From: Schizochytrium sp. TIO01
Lineage: Eukaryota > Protista > Bigyra: Labyrinthulomycetes
Assembly (NCBI GenBank): GCA_004764695.1
Contig: SMSO01000034.1
Coordinates: 62,001-126,000, forward strand
Length of the DNA stretch: 64,000 bases
Direction: 5' to 3'
In this document: in pieces, positions 51,923 through 64,000 of the stretch
Layout of the letters: each line of letters begins with the position of its first letter
Position numbering within the stretch: position 1 is the first letter of the stretch
Notes under the pieces: model-generated
The model's input: the letters and a program-made list of their open reading frames with translations, nothing else
What the model was told of the DNA's origin: nothing
Database searches by the model: none
Position numbers and translations under genes: made by a program

Positions 51923-52460
51923 CTTTAGAATTTGAAGCTGTGATCTAGCAAGTCCTTCGAAATCATAAACCATGACTCCATCTAGTTCATGTCAGTTCCT
52001 CCGTTTCGAGTCAGATCGACGATCATTGATCCTGCTGGTAAGGAAGCTTTGGTGATTTACAACCGATTGCTGCCAATGAGCTCATCTTATTCAAGTTGAT
52101 CCTTCTTTTTAAAATGAAAATGAAAATGAAATAAAAATAGAAGTATTTTCAAGTTGTTAGTGTTAGTGCTATTGCTATAAAGGGTTTTCCAACGTTGGTA
52201 TATGTTCCATTTATTCCAAATGATTCAATTGTTCTCGTGTAGGAATTGGTGTTCTTTATGTTCTTGTATACTGTTCTTTTTATGGAAATGGGTTGTGGAA
52301 AAAAGAGTTGCGCTGGTTGTTGGTTGGTGGTCTTGGAGTCCTGTTGCTGTGGCAAACGAAGAATCCTTCAACTCTGCTTTGGTCTACCACGCTTCCTGCA
52401 GGAGCCGGAAAATCAGACTTGCTTTCGTTGGATTAAGGGTCGCAAAATTTTCAGGCTACC

Positions 52461-52958
52461 ATGAGTCTCCCCGTCGTGTTTATGGACGTTGAGATCGCTG
52501 GCGAGTACGCTGGACGTGTAGAGATTGAGCTGAGGTCCGATGTTTGCCCAAAGACTGCTGAGAACTTCCGTTGCTTGTGCACTGGTGAGAAGGGGTTTGG
52601 CTTCAAAAACTCTGGCTTTCACCGCATTATTCCTGGCTTCATGGCCCAGGGTGGTGATTTCACACGCCACAATGGCACTGGTGGCCGCTCCATCTACGGT
52701 GAGACCTTCCGCGACGAGAACTTTAAGCTCAAGCACAATGGACCTGGTGTGCTTTCTATGGCAAATGCCGGACCCAACACAAATGGATCCCAGTTCTTTC
52801 TCTGCTTTGCTGAAGCCCCCTGGCTTGATGGTAAGCACACTGTCTTCGGTAAGGTAGTCAAGGGTCTTAACCTCCTCAAGTCTCTTGAGTCCGTTGGCAC
52901 CCAGAATGGCAAGCCTAAGGGCAAGGTTACCATTATTGAGTCTGGCCAGCTCCGCTAA
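52461..52958 (+). CDS. PPIA: Cyclophilin A-type peptidyl-prolyl cis-trans isomerase
   Basis: 165 aa with [62 protein letters not shown] and [10 protein letters not shown]. Strong codon bias. Confidence 0.98.
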   Translation: MSLPVVFMDVEIAGEYAGRVEIELRSDVCPKTAENFRCLCTGEKGFGFKNSGFHRIIPGFMAQGGDFTRHNGTGGRSIYGETFRDENFKLKHNGPGVLSMANAGPNTNGSQFFLCFAEAPWLDGKHTVFGKVVKGLNLLKSLESVGTQNGKPKGKVTIIESGQLR

Positions 52959-54796
52959 GTTATATGCATGCATCCCTCATCCCAATGGCCACGTCTCTTC
53001 GTGAGATGCTCTCGAAATGATGGCTTTAGTCTGGGCTATTTCGAGTTCGGGTCATGTTCCAATATTTTATGATTTGATTCTGCAACATAGGAAGGCTCGG
53101 AAGGATACCCCAACACGATTCCCTGTGCATTTGACGATGGGGACCTGGCTAAACCCCGTTGCGGCATCTCTCAGTGTTTATCGTAGTGCTTTAGAGATGG
53201 TATTTGCTTGCGCACGACTCCCTTTTACTTTACCTTTTTCTTCTTTTCTATCCTTACTGTCGAATATGTTGTGTCGCGACACGCTTTAAGGCTACTCGCA
53301 GGAAACGCGAGGATTAATACCCCACGCACGATTCGCTTCGCTTAAAACAATGAAACTTAGACACTCAGTACCTACTGTCATCCTCGTCATGTAGTGGAGC
53401 TGGGATATCTACTAGTTTTAAAACTAACAAACTCTAAACGCTTCAATTCTTCTCTCCCCTCTCTAGTTTTGTTTCCAATTCTTGATCAGTTTGTAACTTG
53501 CCTCCAAGCATTTTGTAAAATCTTTGCTTGTATGCAGGGTTCCATTTAGAGACGGTCATTTAAATCATTTAAGCTGCTCCATCCTCAACTCTCCAAGGCT
53601 GAGTTCTTTGTAGATTCCTTCAGATTTTCCCATGATATTCTGCACCATCTTGCAATTCAATCGCCTAAACGTGTCTTTCCGCTTGTTCCTGCCAAATTTC
53701 CTCGCAAGTTATTGGAACGTTATCACCTCCAGACTTTGATACCTAAACAGTATCAGAATAAACCGAAACCTCGCAGTGAGTGGGCCTAGTAACCAATAAA
53801 TAGGTCTTAGAGCGTGATGCGGTGCTTCTTGGTATACCCAGTATTAGACTAAGAGCGTCACTTAAGGACCCCTCGGTGTCGTATCCACCCGATGCTCATT
53901 AAGCAGGAGTGAGTGGCCAGACTCCCAACCCACTTCTCGCAGCGTCCTGAGCGCAAGCGAGCATCGTTGGAGACCTTTAGGTGCGTGCGAGCAGGCTTAC
54001 ACAGAAATGAGTTGTCCTCCGCTGGACGGCTTGCACCCGCCCGGCCCGTCGGATCGGCGGTCTTGGCATTCCCATGGGCGGCAGCCGCTCCTTCGTTTTC
54101 TCTCGTCGTCTGCGTCTCTCTTTGTCTCCTTGGTATAGTAGTGTACTTGATACAACTGCCTCTATTTCTTTTTCCTTTGCTTTCGCGAGTTTGCCCTGAA
54201 TATTGGTCAATCACTGCAGTGTTGTCTTTTAGCCTTGCGAGGGAGCCATAGGTTGACCCATTGTTGAGGCGATGCTATCTGTGTTTCCGATTTCCCTTTC
54301 AATGTTGTTTAGGTCCTGGTTCCCATGAGTTTGCAGAGCATGATCAAGGAGCGTCTGGAGTTTGTACAATTCACACGTATGTAATGCATAAGATTTCTAA
54401 TGCATTTGACCAGATGAGCGGGATCGTAGAAGACTTCTTCAATGGAGGCGGAGAAAAAGATTAGGAGATAAGAAGACACTGTGAGACTTTCACTTTGGTG
54501 TTCTATTCATCTTTACTGCTAGAGAAGAATCTGATGACTAACTTTGTTGTTTCATTATTTGCATGTATTTAACTGCTCACCGTTTTGCCTCATCTTTGGA
54601 AAAACAAAACAAATGACTTAAAACAACTTACGTCGCGTTTATTGGGAAATTTAACGGTTTATTTGCAAAAAAAATTCATCATGTTCGTGATCGATAACCT
54701 GTTATTACGTTCTTCCAAACCTTCCGCAACACAGAATCTCATCGTAGGCCTTTTTAACACTTGCTCTGAGCGAGCTTTCGACTGAGCTTTTGCACC

Positions 54797-56542
54797 ATGA
54801 ACTCAGACGCCAAGGAATGGACGCCCAACGCCGGCGCCAACGAGTGGAAGCCCTCGTGGCTCCAGGAGGACCCTGCTCCCGCCCCTGTTGAAGCCCCTGA
54901 ACCTGCCGAGGCTCCCGTTGCTGCTGAAGATGATGCTGCCGTGGATGCTCAGAAGGAGGTTGTTGAGGAGGAGTCCGCTCCTGCCCAGACCGAAGACGCT
55001 TCTGCTGAAATCACTCCTGGTTTTAAGAACGTGTCCCTCGGAGGCACCACCCCCGCCAAGGAGGAGGAAGAGGAGGTCGAGGCTGCTGAGGAATCCACCG
55101 AAGCTGCCTCCGACGTTAAGGAAGAAGCCGCCCCCAAGGAGGCCGCCCCGGCACCTGTGGAGGAGCCCGAGGAAGTGTTCGACTCGAAAGATCTCGTGAA
55201 GGAGATCAAGAAGGGTGAGGAGGCTATTCAGGGCCTCGACCCCCGCCCTCATCTTAACGTGGTGACCATTGGCCATGTCGATGCCGGCAAGAGTACTCTG
55301 TCTGGATCAATTCTGTACCTTACTGGCAAGGTTGATAAGCGTACGATTGAAAAGTTCGAGCAGGAGGCGAAGGAGCGCAACCGTGACAGTTGGTTTCTGG
55401 CGTACATTATGGATGAGTCTGATGAAGAACGTGCCAAGGGTAAGACTGTCGAGGTCGGCCGCGCCTACTTTGAGACGGAGGACCGCCGCTTGACCATTCT
55501 TGACGCACCGGGCCACAAGAACTACGTGCCGGCTATGATCAGCGGTGCCAGTCAGGCAGATGTGGGTATTCTTGTGATTTCTGCGCGTAAGGGAGAGTTC
55601 GAAGCTGGCTTTATCCAGGCTGGTCAAACCCGTGAGCACGCCATGCTTGCCAAGACTCTTGGTATCCAGAAGCTGATTGTTTGTGTTAACAAGATGGATG
55701 AGCAAACTGTCAAGTGGAGCAAGGACCGTTATGATGATATCGTCAAGCGTCTCCGTCCCTTCCTCAAGGCCTCTGGATTCAAGGTCAAGAAGGACGTCGT
55801 TTTTATTCCTATCTCTGCACTCTCTGGTATCAACGTCAAGGACCCTATTACCAAGGATGTCTGCGACTGGGCCTCTGAACTCAATGACGGCAAGTCCCTT
55901 CTTCAGGTGCTCAACGAGATCAACATGGGTAACCGTGACTCCGAAAAGCCCCTTCGTGCTACCATTGTGGATCGCTACATTGATCGTGGTGTTGTTCTTA
56001 TGGCCAAGGTCGAGTCTGGTGTCATGTATGTTGGCCAGGAACTCCGTGTTTGCCCAAACCAGATCAAGTGCAAGGTCGAGTCCATTTCCATCAACGAGGA
56101 GGAGGTTCAGGGCGCGAAGCCTGGTGAGAACGTTCTTGCTCGTCTTACTGCGTTGAACGAAAACCAGGTCGCCAAGGGCCACGTTATTGCCTCCCGATTC
56201 TCCCCTGTTCAGGGATGCACAGAGATCATTGCTCAGCTCTTTATTTGCCACTTGCTTGAGCACCGCCCGTTGTTCTCGGCCGGTTACAACGCTGTCTTCC
56301 ACGCTCACACCGCCGAAGAGGAGTGCACTGTATACGAGATTGCTGCTGAGCTTGACAAGACTGGTAAAATTGCTAAGCGCAACCCTGCTTTTGCCCGCAA
56401 TGGTGCTACCATCATTTGCAAGATCCGCCTCAACAAGTCCATCTGCTTGGAGCCTTACGAGAAGACCATGCAGCTCGGTCGCTTTACTCTCCGTGACGAG
56501 GGTAGCTCCATTGCCATTGGTATCATCAAGAAGTGCCGTTAA
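54797..56542 (+). CDS. SUP35: Eukaryotic peptide chain release factor GTP-binding subunit eRF3
   Basis: GHVDAGKST, ERAKGKTVEVG, DAPGHKNYVP, ISARKGEFEAG, GQTREH, NKMD and C-terminal LGRFTLRDEG. The N-terminus has overlapping PAM2-like motifs and an acidic linker. Confidence 0.97.
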   Translation: MNSDAKEWTPNAGANEWKPSWLQEDPAPAPVEAPEPAEAPVAAEDDAAVDAQKEVVEEESAPAQTEDASAEITPGFKNVSLGGTTPAKEEEEEVEAAEESTEAASDVKEEAAPKEAAPAPVEEPEEVFDSKDLVKEIKKGEEAIQGLDPRPHLNVVTIGHVDAGKSTLSGSILYLTGKVDKRTIEKFEQEAKERNRDSWFLAYIMDESDEERAKGKTVEVGRAYFETEDRRLTILDAPGHKNYVPAMISGASQADVGILVISARKGEFEAGFIQAGQTREHAMLAKTLGIQKLIVCVNKMDEQTVKWSKDRYDDIVKRLRPFLKASGFKVKKDVVFIPISALSGINVKDPITKDVCDWASELNDGKSLLQVLNEINMGNRDSEKPLRATIVDRYIDRGVVLMAKVESGVMYVGQELRVCPNQIKCKVESISINEEEVQGAKPGENVLARLTALNENQVAKGHVIASRFSPVQGCTEIIAQLFICHLLEHRPLFSAGYNAVFHAHTAEEECTVYEIAAELDKTGKIAKRNPAFARNGATIICKIRLNKSICLEPYEKTMQLGRFTLRDEGSSIAIGIIKKCR

Positions 56543-57196
56543 ACACATACAATCCTCCCTCTCAAATCAAACTCGTACTTACCCGGTTTCTCTTTGCCTT
56601 CACGATCATGTTCCAAAGATAAAACAATTGGTCAGAGATGACTCGCGTCCTTTTCCAATTCCTTCTCTTTTCTGCTTTTGTTTCCTTAGTTTCTTTCCTC
56701 TAGCTTTTTCCAACTTGTTTCTTGTCATCTTTGTCTCGTGCTCTTTGCACTAATCTCTGACAGCAACGGTGATCATCTACATGGTACCTGCTCTTTACAT
56801 TCCGAGCCTGTCGAATTGATACTGACGCAGGCATTGCAACTAGCATTTGCTTGCGTGTATTCTTGTTTGTTTGAATTTTTTAATTTATTTGTTTGCTCAA
56901 ATCAAAATAGGAGGAGCAACTTAGATTAGACCTCAAGCTAAAAGCCTTCACACGTTCATTTTAAGAAGCAAAATAACAACCGGATTTTATCTAGGTAGTA
57001 GTATCACGGGTGACTGTCTGAGCAAATTTTGAAGAGCCCCATCCTTGAAAGGCTGTAATCAACTTGCGTTGACGAAGGCCTAAAACAAAATAAAATTTTC
57101 GAGCAACGCAAATAAGCGCAGATGAGAAATTGTCAAAATACTTAAAAAATAGTTTTGAGGCGTACATGTAGCAAATATTTTAAAGAAAAGAAAAGG

Positions 57197-59353
57197 TTAC
57201 TTGTCGTTGATATCCTTTTGGCCAGGCTTGTAAGGTGGGGTAAGGAAGGACTTGGTGGCTAGTGCAGCCAATGAAAAGCCGCCCATAACCATAATGGCAT
57301 TGTCATACAGAAACGGAGTCGGGTCTTGCACGGTGTCGGGAACCAAATCCATGAGGCGAGAAATCGTAACAGTCTTTGTGTCAATGAGCTCAGGAAGAAC
57401 ATCCTTATCAGCACCAAATGCATGATGGAAAGCTCGGTCATCTACATGGGTAGAAAGTTCTTCAATAGCCTTGTGGGTGCTTCCTTCTCTGCAATGAGCC
57501 ACAATTTGGGGACCCAAGAATGCAGCTGGTAGAACCACGGAGAGCTGACGGGCAGTCTGGACTGCCGTAGAACGCTCACCATAGGCATCAGACATGAGAG
57601 CCGGTCGAGTAGCGGTGGTGCCACCGAAGCTAGTGAGCAGGGTCAAAAATGAAGCAGAGAACACAGCGAGTGGGAGAATGGACGGATTGCGGACACATTC
57701 GTGGACACCCCAGTAAACTCCACCATAACAAATCGGCGATACAGCCCACATCGCAAGATAGGTTTGCTTACGGGCGTAAAAAGGGTTGCCACCTTGGTAC
57801 TTCGCAATGACGTCACTGACTGTGGGCCAGAACAAGCGGCCACTGAGATTAGCCATGCTCATTGCTGCTACAAAGGAGGAAGTGAATCCTGCCGTGACAA
57901 TATTTGGCAGGTTACTGCCAAAAGTCTCGGCCATCATCAGTTTGCCTGAGGAAATTAGACCATATGCAGGGGCAATAGAAAGACCAAAGCCCATAAACAT
58001 GAGATAGAAATGATGCGTTCTCAACGATTCCTCCGGGGTGATGTCAGGGGGCGTGTGAGCCGGCATTGTCATTTTGCTCTTCTGTTGGCTAGCTTTGAAT
58101 TCCTCTTCACTGAGTTCTCGGGAATCAACAACAGGGGGGGTAGCAGCATTTTGCACCTCTGTAAGAATTCTATCAGCATGACCATGGGGGGGAAGCTTAA
58201 AGACCATGCTAGTGGCAACCATAGCAAGGCCATAGCCAAGACCAAGCGTAGCAAACACCTCGGCAACACCAGTGGAGCCTGTACCAACGAAGTAAGCGCC
58301 TGCATCGGCAATCTCAGCCATACCCGAAGTTTGGAGGTCAGACTGGGTTGCGACCACAACCTCACGAAGACCTTGTGCAGTGTCAAGAAAGAGCTTTCCA
58401 CCTTGGTTGATAAATTCGAGGTCACCTGCAGGGCCAGCGTACTCAGGAACCTTACGGAATTTTTCAATCAAAGGGCCGTACAGTGTGGTAGTCAGCATTG
58501 CGCCACCACCATAACCGAGAATCGCCATTCCTGAGGCAAAACCTTTCTTATCAGGAAACCAGCGCAACAGAGTAGATACTGGCGGCACATAGGCCCAGCC
58601 GTTGGAAATACCCCACACTGTACCTGCAAAATAGAGCAGTGGGAGGCTCTCAATACTGGAACTGAAGCCCGCACACACATAGCCTGTCGCTAAAGCACTT
58701 GCACCGATGAGGCATGACACGCGTGGGCCATAGGTGTCAAGACGGTTTCCAAAAAGGGCACCCCACGCAAATCCGCCCATGACCAGAGAAAATGTCACGG
58801 TGACGTCACCAAGGAGCCAATCGTTTGCAGCAGGAGCTACGACACCACTGAGGCGTGTGAGCGGGGTGTTAAAAATGGACCATGCAAAAATGGACCCAAT
58901 GCACATGTGGTTAAGAGTAGCAGCTGGGAGGAGTGCCCAGCGGTTGAAGTTTGCTGTATCGTTGATCCGAAGGCTTTCCGGATCCCAGCCAAGCTTTTTA
59001 ATGAGTGCCGGTGTCTGGGCAGACTCATCTTTGAACGGCACATCAGCCACTGTCTTGTCGAGTTCAGGAGTGGCCACATGTTGCTGCTGATCCTCCTCAA
59101 AGGGTTTAAGTACCTTCACGCGATCCTCAATGTCTTCCTCGCGTCTTTGTCCAGCAAAGTGAATTGGAAATGCAGTGGTAGTTTTGGTTCTCCAAAGGAT
59201 ACGCCTTCTCGGTCCTAGCGGGTCCGACCATGCGTCAAGTACCGTATCAGGGCTCGAGGCACCGGCTCGGGCCACTGGGGGTGCTACCCATGCTCGAGCA
59301 GCCACGACTTGGGATCGAGTGTTTCGCGTGGTGAGCCTTCCTGCACGCCACAT
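57197..59353 (-). CDS. MFS transporter, oxalate:formate antiporter (OFA/YhjX)-like, with an N-terminal presequence-like extension
   Basis: NRWALLPAATLNHMCIGSIFAWSIF, GNRLDTYGPR, YVPPVSTLLRWFPDKKGFASGMAILGYGGG, ANLSGRLFW...SD, and about 12 hydrophobic segments. First ATG at 59353 (MWRAGRLTTRN, 718 aa). Confidence 0.9.
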   Translation of the reverse strand: MWRAGRLTTRNTRSQVVAARAWVAPPVARAGASSPDTVLDAWSDPLGPRRRILWRTKTTTAFPIHFAGQRREEDIEDRVKVLKPFEEDQQQHVATPELDKTVADVPFKDESAQTPALIKKLGWDPESLRINDTANFNRWALLPAATLNHMCIGSIFAWSIFNTPLTRLSGVVAPAANDWLLGDVTVTFSLVMGGFAWGALFGNRLDTYGPRVSCLIGASALATGYVCAGFSSSIESLPLLYFAGTVWGISNGWAYVPPVSTLLRWFPDKKGFASGMAILGYGGGAMLTTTLYGPLIEKFRKVPEYAGPAGDLEFINQGGKLFLDTAQGLREVVVATQSDLQTSGMAEIADAGAYFVGTGSTGVAEVFATLGLGYGLAMVATSMVFKLPPHGHADRILTEVQNAATPPVVDSRELSEEEFKASQQKSKMTMPAHTPPDITPEESLRTHHFYLMFMGFGLSIAPAYGLISSGKLMMAETFGSNLPNIVTAGFTSSFVAAMSMANLSGRLFWPTVSDVIAKYQGGNPFYARKQTYLAMWAVSPICYGGVYWGVHECVRNPSILPLAVFSASFLTLLTSFGGTTATRPALMSDAYGERSTAVQTARQLSVVLPAAFLGPQIVAHCREGSTHKAIEELSTHVDDRAFHHAFGADKDVLPELIDTKTVTISRLMDLVPDTVQDPTPFLYDNAIMVMGGFSLAALATKSFLTPPYKPGQKDINDK

Positions 59354-61021
59354 GCTTGATTCCGTTCTCGAACTACTCCGCCACGCCGATTCGGATTTGC
59401 TTGCTTGATCACAACACCACTTGAACTCAAATTCTTTTCCTTTCTTGTTTTTACAAGTAGTAGATGTAACGTAGGTATGTAGGTACGACACTTTCTTTGA
59501 TATAAAAAGTAAAATAAATATTTGTATATTAAAATTATTCTGAGAAAAAATATTTGTTTTTATTTTATTTTTTTTTTTTTTTGGGGGGGGGGGGGATTTA
59601 TCTTTGAAGCTTGCCAGTAGCTATAGCTATGGCGAACACGTCTTGTGCCCCCCGTCTACGCAGCCCTAGCACACAGCTCCAAACTCGATTTTGCCAATCA
59701 CGCTACTAAACTGTCTCGAAGATGTCATATTTGCTTTGTTTTGGAAAACGTTTTATGAATTAAAAAAGAAGAGAAAAAGAAATTAAAAAGAATGAAGCAA
59801 GTTAATTTTGGATCTGGGAATTTGTTTCCTACTAATAGCCTTACAGCTTAGTTACCTACACGGATCATGCTATAGTGAAACCTTGACACTCTCCATGATC
59901 AGAGAAAGCGCGAGCTTCTTGAGTTATTCAAGGGTCTCCAGGAGGACTGGGATGCTCTAAACCTGGATTGTGCATCAGTATCGAGCTTCAAGGTCACCGT
60001 ATTTATGATTTCTAGAGCTGGAGCACGGGGCCTTGCGAGAGCAGTAAAGCTCGTACGAAGGCTTGCTCTTCCCCTTCCGCATTACGACTTGAGTTCGCCA
60101 TCCTAGAATTTCCAGTCTTACTATTACCATTCCTTCAAGTTTCACATTGTAAAACTTTATATCTAAAAATATTTAAAATATTTAAAAATATTTAACGTTA
60201 AAGCTTCCTTAAGATCAAGGTTGAAGAATATAGTCACGATCCGGATCCGGCGCGACGCGAGGGACACACCAGCAAAACAAACAAAGGGTTTCACGCGTGG
60301 CTTTCTCTGACCATTCCACGAGCCTTTACTGCGTCTCGATCGCTTCTTAGCGTCTGCGGCTCTGCCACAGTGATCCACTTCCGCATAGCTGCTTCCCCAG
60401 GATCTCATTATGAGCCTTTGAGACAATAGGGCGGTGCCCGGGGAAGCTCACGGTCTGTCCCTTCGAGGTAGTCTCCGTTTCCTCCTCGAAGACATAGCAG
60501 GATTCTTATTTTCCCGCGACGTCATGATGGGGAAGGGGCGCCCTCCATCCAAGATAGCTATAGATAAACGCTCACAAGAGAAATAAATGCCCACTCAGAG
60601 AAGCTTTGCTTTGCACTGGAATCCGAAGGCTTTTGCTCACTCCAAAGACGCCACGGAAAAGAGTAGATAACCATTAGGTACCTAGCTACCCATTATAATA
60701 GGTTCTTTCTTTCAACGTAAAGAAAAAAGAAGCGGCATACGTTTGCCCTTTTATTGTTCCTACTTTTGCATCTTCTTTTTTTTTCTTGCTAAAGAGCTCG
60801 AGTGAGACGAACAACAGTGCGCAGAAGGCACCTACGCGCAGACAGAGGTCATGATATGGCTTGGTTTTGATAGAAGCCGGGTATGTATGTCAATGTATAT
60901 ATATGTATGCACACTCGCACTGGTCAGAGGTACTCCTGAGTTAAAGCCTTTTAATAAATAAAATTGGTAAAAAAACTCAAGTCAAAATAATCAGCATGCA
61001 TCATAATATTTGTGTATGGTA

Positions 61022-61043
61022 CGATATGATATGATATGATATG
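61022..61043. repeat. (GATAT)n microsatellite
   Basis: cgatatgatatgatatgatatg. Confidence 0.8.
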
Positions 61044-64000
61044 GTACGTCGGCATCATCATGGCGTTTCGTTCTTTTCTCTCAGTGATCGTTACTACTAG
61101 GTACCTACTAGGCACCTACTATGGGTCGATTCAGAACATATCTTGTTTCCAAATGATGTCTGTCATTCCTTTCTTTCTTCAGGGTCGAGTTGGGTTTTCC
61201 CCAAACTCGCTCTGCCAAGCCGCTCGTAAGCCTTTAAATCTCCCCTGCTTGAGCGCAGATGCAGGAACCTCAGGGCTACAAACTCGCTGCTATGCAATTG
61301 GTTTTACGCGAGCAATTGCATTTGTAATGAGTTAGATACGTACGTATTTACGAACGTATATGCATTCATTCATCTTTCTGCTTTTTGTTTGCATTTTCTG
61401 TTCAGGCGACACTCCTATCGTTAGTGTTAGCTGCGTCCTACTGCACTTTCATGGTCAAACCAACCATCATCTTCACGATCTTGAACACGAATACCATGAT
61501 CTTGACAGAGTTCATCCCATTCTACGAATATAAATCCGCTTCGGCGGCTTCCGCCTGCAGAAACCCATGGCTCTTCAATCCAGCTTGCCTGCCACGCAGC
61601 GAGCCGGGTTATTTGCAGGAGCTCGTTCTGGCGACGACGAGCTAGTTTAGACAGAATTCCCTCTCGTGGCTTTTTGTATTCCCTTTTACTCCCACTCATT
61701 TCTTTCTTTCATTCGATTAGAAACTTTAATTTAGGAAAACTATTTTTGTTTTAAAATGAAAATGAAAATGAAATAAAAATAAAAATAAATCATCAGAATA
61801 AAACTCTTACTGAGATCCCCGTGCACCTCTGTCCGCCTAAACTACATACAAGCAAAACTTGCCCCCAATACTAACCTGTATCAGGGTCTCGTGGGCAGGG
61901 TTCTCCTTCCGCCACCTGCGCACGCTCGCGCCTTCTCTATTGTGTATATGAGAAACGTCGAAAGTGAGAAAGCATCTTTCAAGTTCAACGAGATCTGAGA
62001 ACTCAGGACCCGATCTTGGAAAAAAACAAACAAACAGCCCAGGCTACTACCAAACTCGTTGCAAAAACGGCCAAAACGTTGGCACCCGAGCTTCAACGCC
62101 CGGTGTCCACAGCCGGGACTCGCTCGCTGTTGCAAGCGCATGCCCAAGCGAAGAAAGCCGTGGCTTGCCTGGAGCTTGGTAGCGACGACAGCGAAGGAAA
62201 GCGCCGAACCGAGAGATAAAAAGATTGACTGCCTTTCAGCTCAGTCTGCCCTTTTGGCCGTGGTTAAATTTGGACCCGACGCACAAGAATTACATCTGCT
62301 CCTAGCATCAGCTAGACGATCACTAGCCCATTTATTTTAAAAGCCAAAATAAAAGTATTTTGGGGAGGGAGGTTGACTATTTTTATTTTTATATGATTAT
62401 TTTCTGAAAGAACGTGTTTATTCTGAATTCTAAAGCGTAGTAGGAGTAGGTAGGCGGGTACTAGACGCCTACGATCGATTGGCTTTTCATCTTGGAAACG
62501 TTAATTTTCTGATGCAGAACTCGGCAGAGATCATTCGAAGTAAGTAAGCGTTTGTCCCTTTCAAAAAGGAGAACCAAGAGGTTGTAGTGCTGTTAATCCA
62601 ATAACTTTAGGCGCTCTTGAAGGATCACCAAACCTTGAAGTGCTCTGTACCTACTGCTGAGTAGGCTCTGGGTATCTACTAGAGGTCACCGACGTACTCT
62701 ACTTTTGAAGGTCTGCCAATGATGGCCAAAGGCGATACATGTAATGTAAATGCCTTATGGACAAATCGTCGTCTTTTGGATCACGAGGAGGAGGAGGAAG
62801 TGCCTTTAGCTTTCAGTTGAGAAAAGGCTCCAGGCCGCGAGGGAACTCGTACCGCGTGAGCGAGGTGAGGTTTTCGAGGGAGTGCAACTCTTCACCTCTC
62901 TGAATCCTACATTCGAAGAGTGCACGCTTCAATGGTCTTCAAGCAAAATCGTGAGCGGCTGTAGAAAACTTGAATGTAGTACTCTATATAGAACGAATGG
63001 TGCTACAATCTACCATCTGCCGACCTGGAAGTAGCACTCTTTCTGAGATGGTGTTTCAGACAGAATATACACCCAAGCCGCGAGCCGATCTTCAATTCTT
63101 GTTCATAACGATGAAGGCCATCATTATTTCGACTGCTGGCCGGAGTGGGAAGCCTTATTGGCAGCCAGTGCTTGCGTTTTGCGGTGGTTGATGACAGTGG
63201 TGCGTTGAGATTTGTGAGGCATTTGAATGGTCAACCAAAACGTTCTACAACACACCTACTGCTTGTTTCAATTTTATGCCATCGTCGATTTGCATGAGGA
63301 ATCTGGATCTGCTGCGACACACGTTTGTAGTGCTAGTACATGCAATAGAAGGACCATTCTGGATTGACATATCTCATCTTTGTTTAGGTTCTGGCTGATT
63401 GATGTATAAGTAAAGCACGAGTGCGTTGGTGTTTTATTTTCTCGTTTCACTCGCACGGGATGTCAATTTGTATCTAAGCCTGATCGTAGTAGAGGCTTTA
63501 CGAAGTAAGACCTTATGCAGCCGGAGTTTCGGCCTGCTAACTCCGCCACAAGTTTCGGAATGAGCTTCCAAACTAGCGCGGGCTAGCCCTGAAACACCTA
63601 CAACAATCGATAACTTGAATCAGGCTCGCTGAGCTCGAGAGACTGTCTGCATCATCCGCAAAGCAGCTTTCATTCATTCTGTTTCTATGAATTGTTCGTA
63701 AATATCTATAGGTTGGACCTAGCTATTAATGAGCCAGTGAGTACCTAGTCTCTCTCTCTCTCTCTCTTTTTATTTTTTATTATTTTATTATTATTTAAAT
63801 TAAAATTTTATTGAAATAACAAAAAACTCCTTTAAAAGGCAGTAAGAGTTTTTTTTTTTTCCCTTTCTATTTTGAAGCCAACCTTGAAAGACTGCCTGAG
63901 AACCTTTTGAATTAAGTAAATATCTCTATATTTATAACTGATTCTTTATAAGGATAAAAACTTTGGAAACCGAAAAATCAGCCCATTAGCATACAACTCA

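Noticed and set aside
55307-56548. 413-aa minus-strand ORF antisense to eRF3 (likewise 52413-52973 antisense to cyclophilin)
   Set aside because: Codon-aligned antisense shadows of highly biased genes that avoid TTA/CTA/TCA.

Overview
Eukaryotic nuclear DNA with compact, apparently intronless CDSs and long AT-rich or microsatellite-rich intergenic tracts. Gene content and style suggest a flagellated stramenopile, probably a thraustochytrid/labyrinthulomycete (inference, not confirmed). Ten protein genes are supported. (1) A >1984-aa type-I membrane protein on the minus strand that the ORF track missed because it runs off the left edge: signal peptide, VWA domain, Cys-containing Ig/IPT-like repeats, TM helix, about six Tudor/Agenet-like repeats, then the start of a PDZ domain. 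(2) An L7Ae-family (POP3/RPP38-like) protein. (3) A 3-repeat gelsolin/severin with a long disordered N-terminus. (4) An S10 serine carboxypeptidase. (5) Tim21 fused to a thioredoxin-like domain. (6) IFT70/TTC30. (7) A ~6400-aa BLTP1/Csf1/KIAA1109 lipid-bridge protein. (8) Cyclophilin A. (9) eRF3. (10) An OFA-type MFS transporter with a mitochondrial-presequence-like N-terminus. I found no rRNA, tRNA, CRISPR array or intact mobile element. The best candidates for novel biology are the anthrax-toxin-receptor-like adhesin with cytoplasmic Tudor repeats and PDZ, and the Tim21-thioredoxin fusion. All family assignments come from motif recognition by eye and recalled family sequences; no database searches were run.
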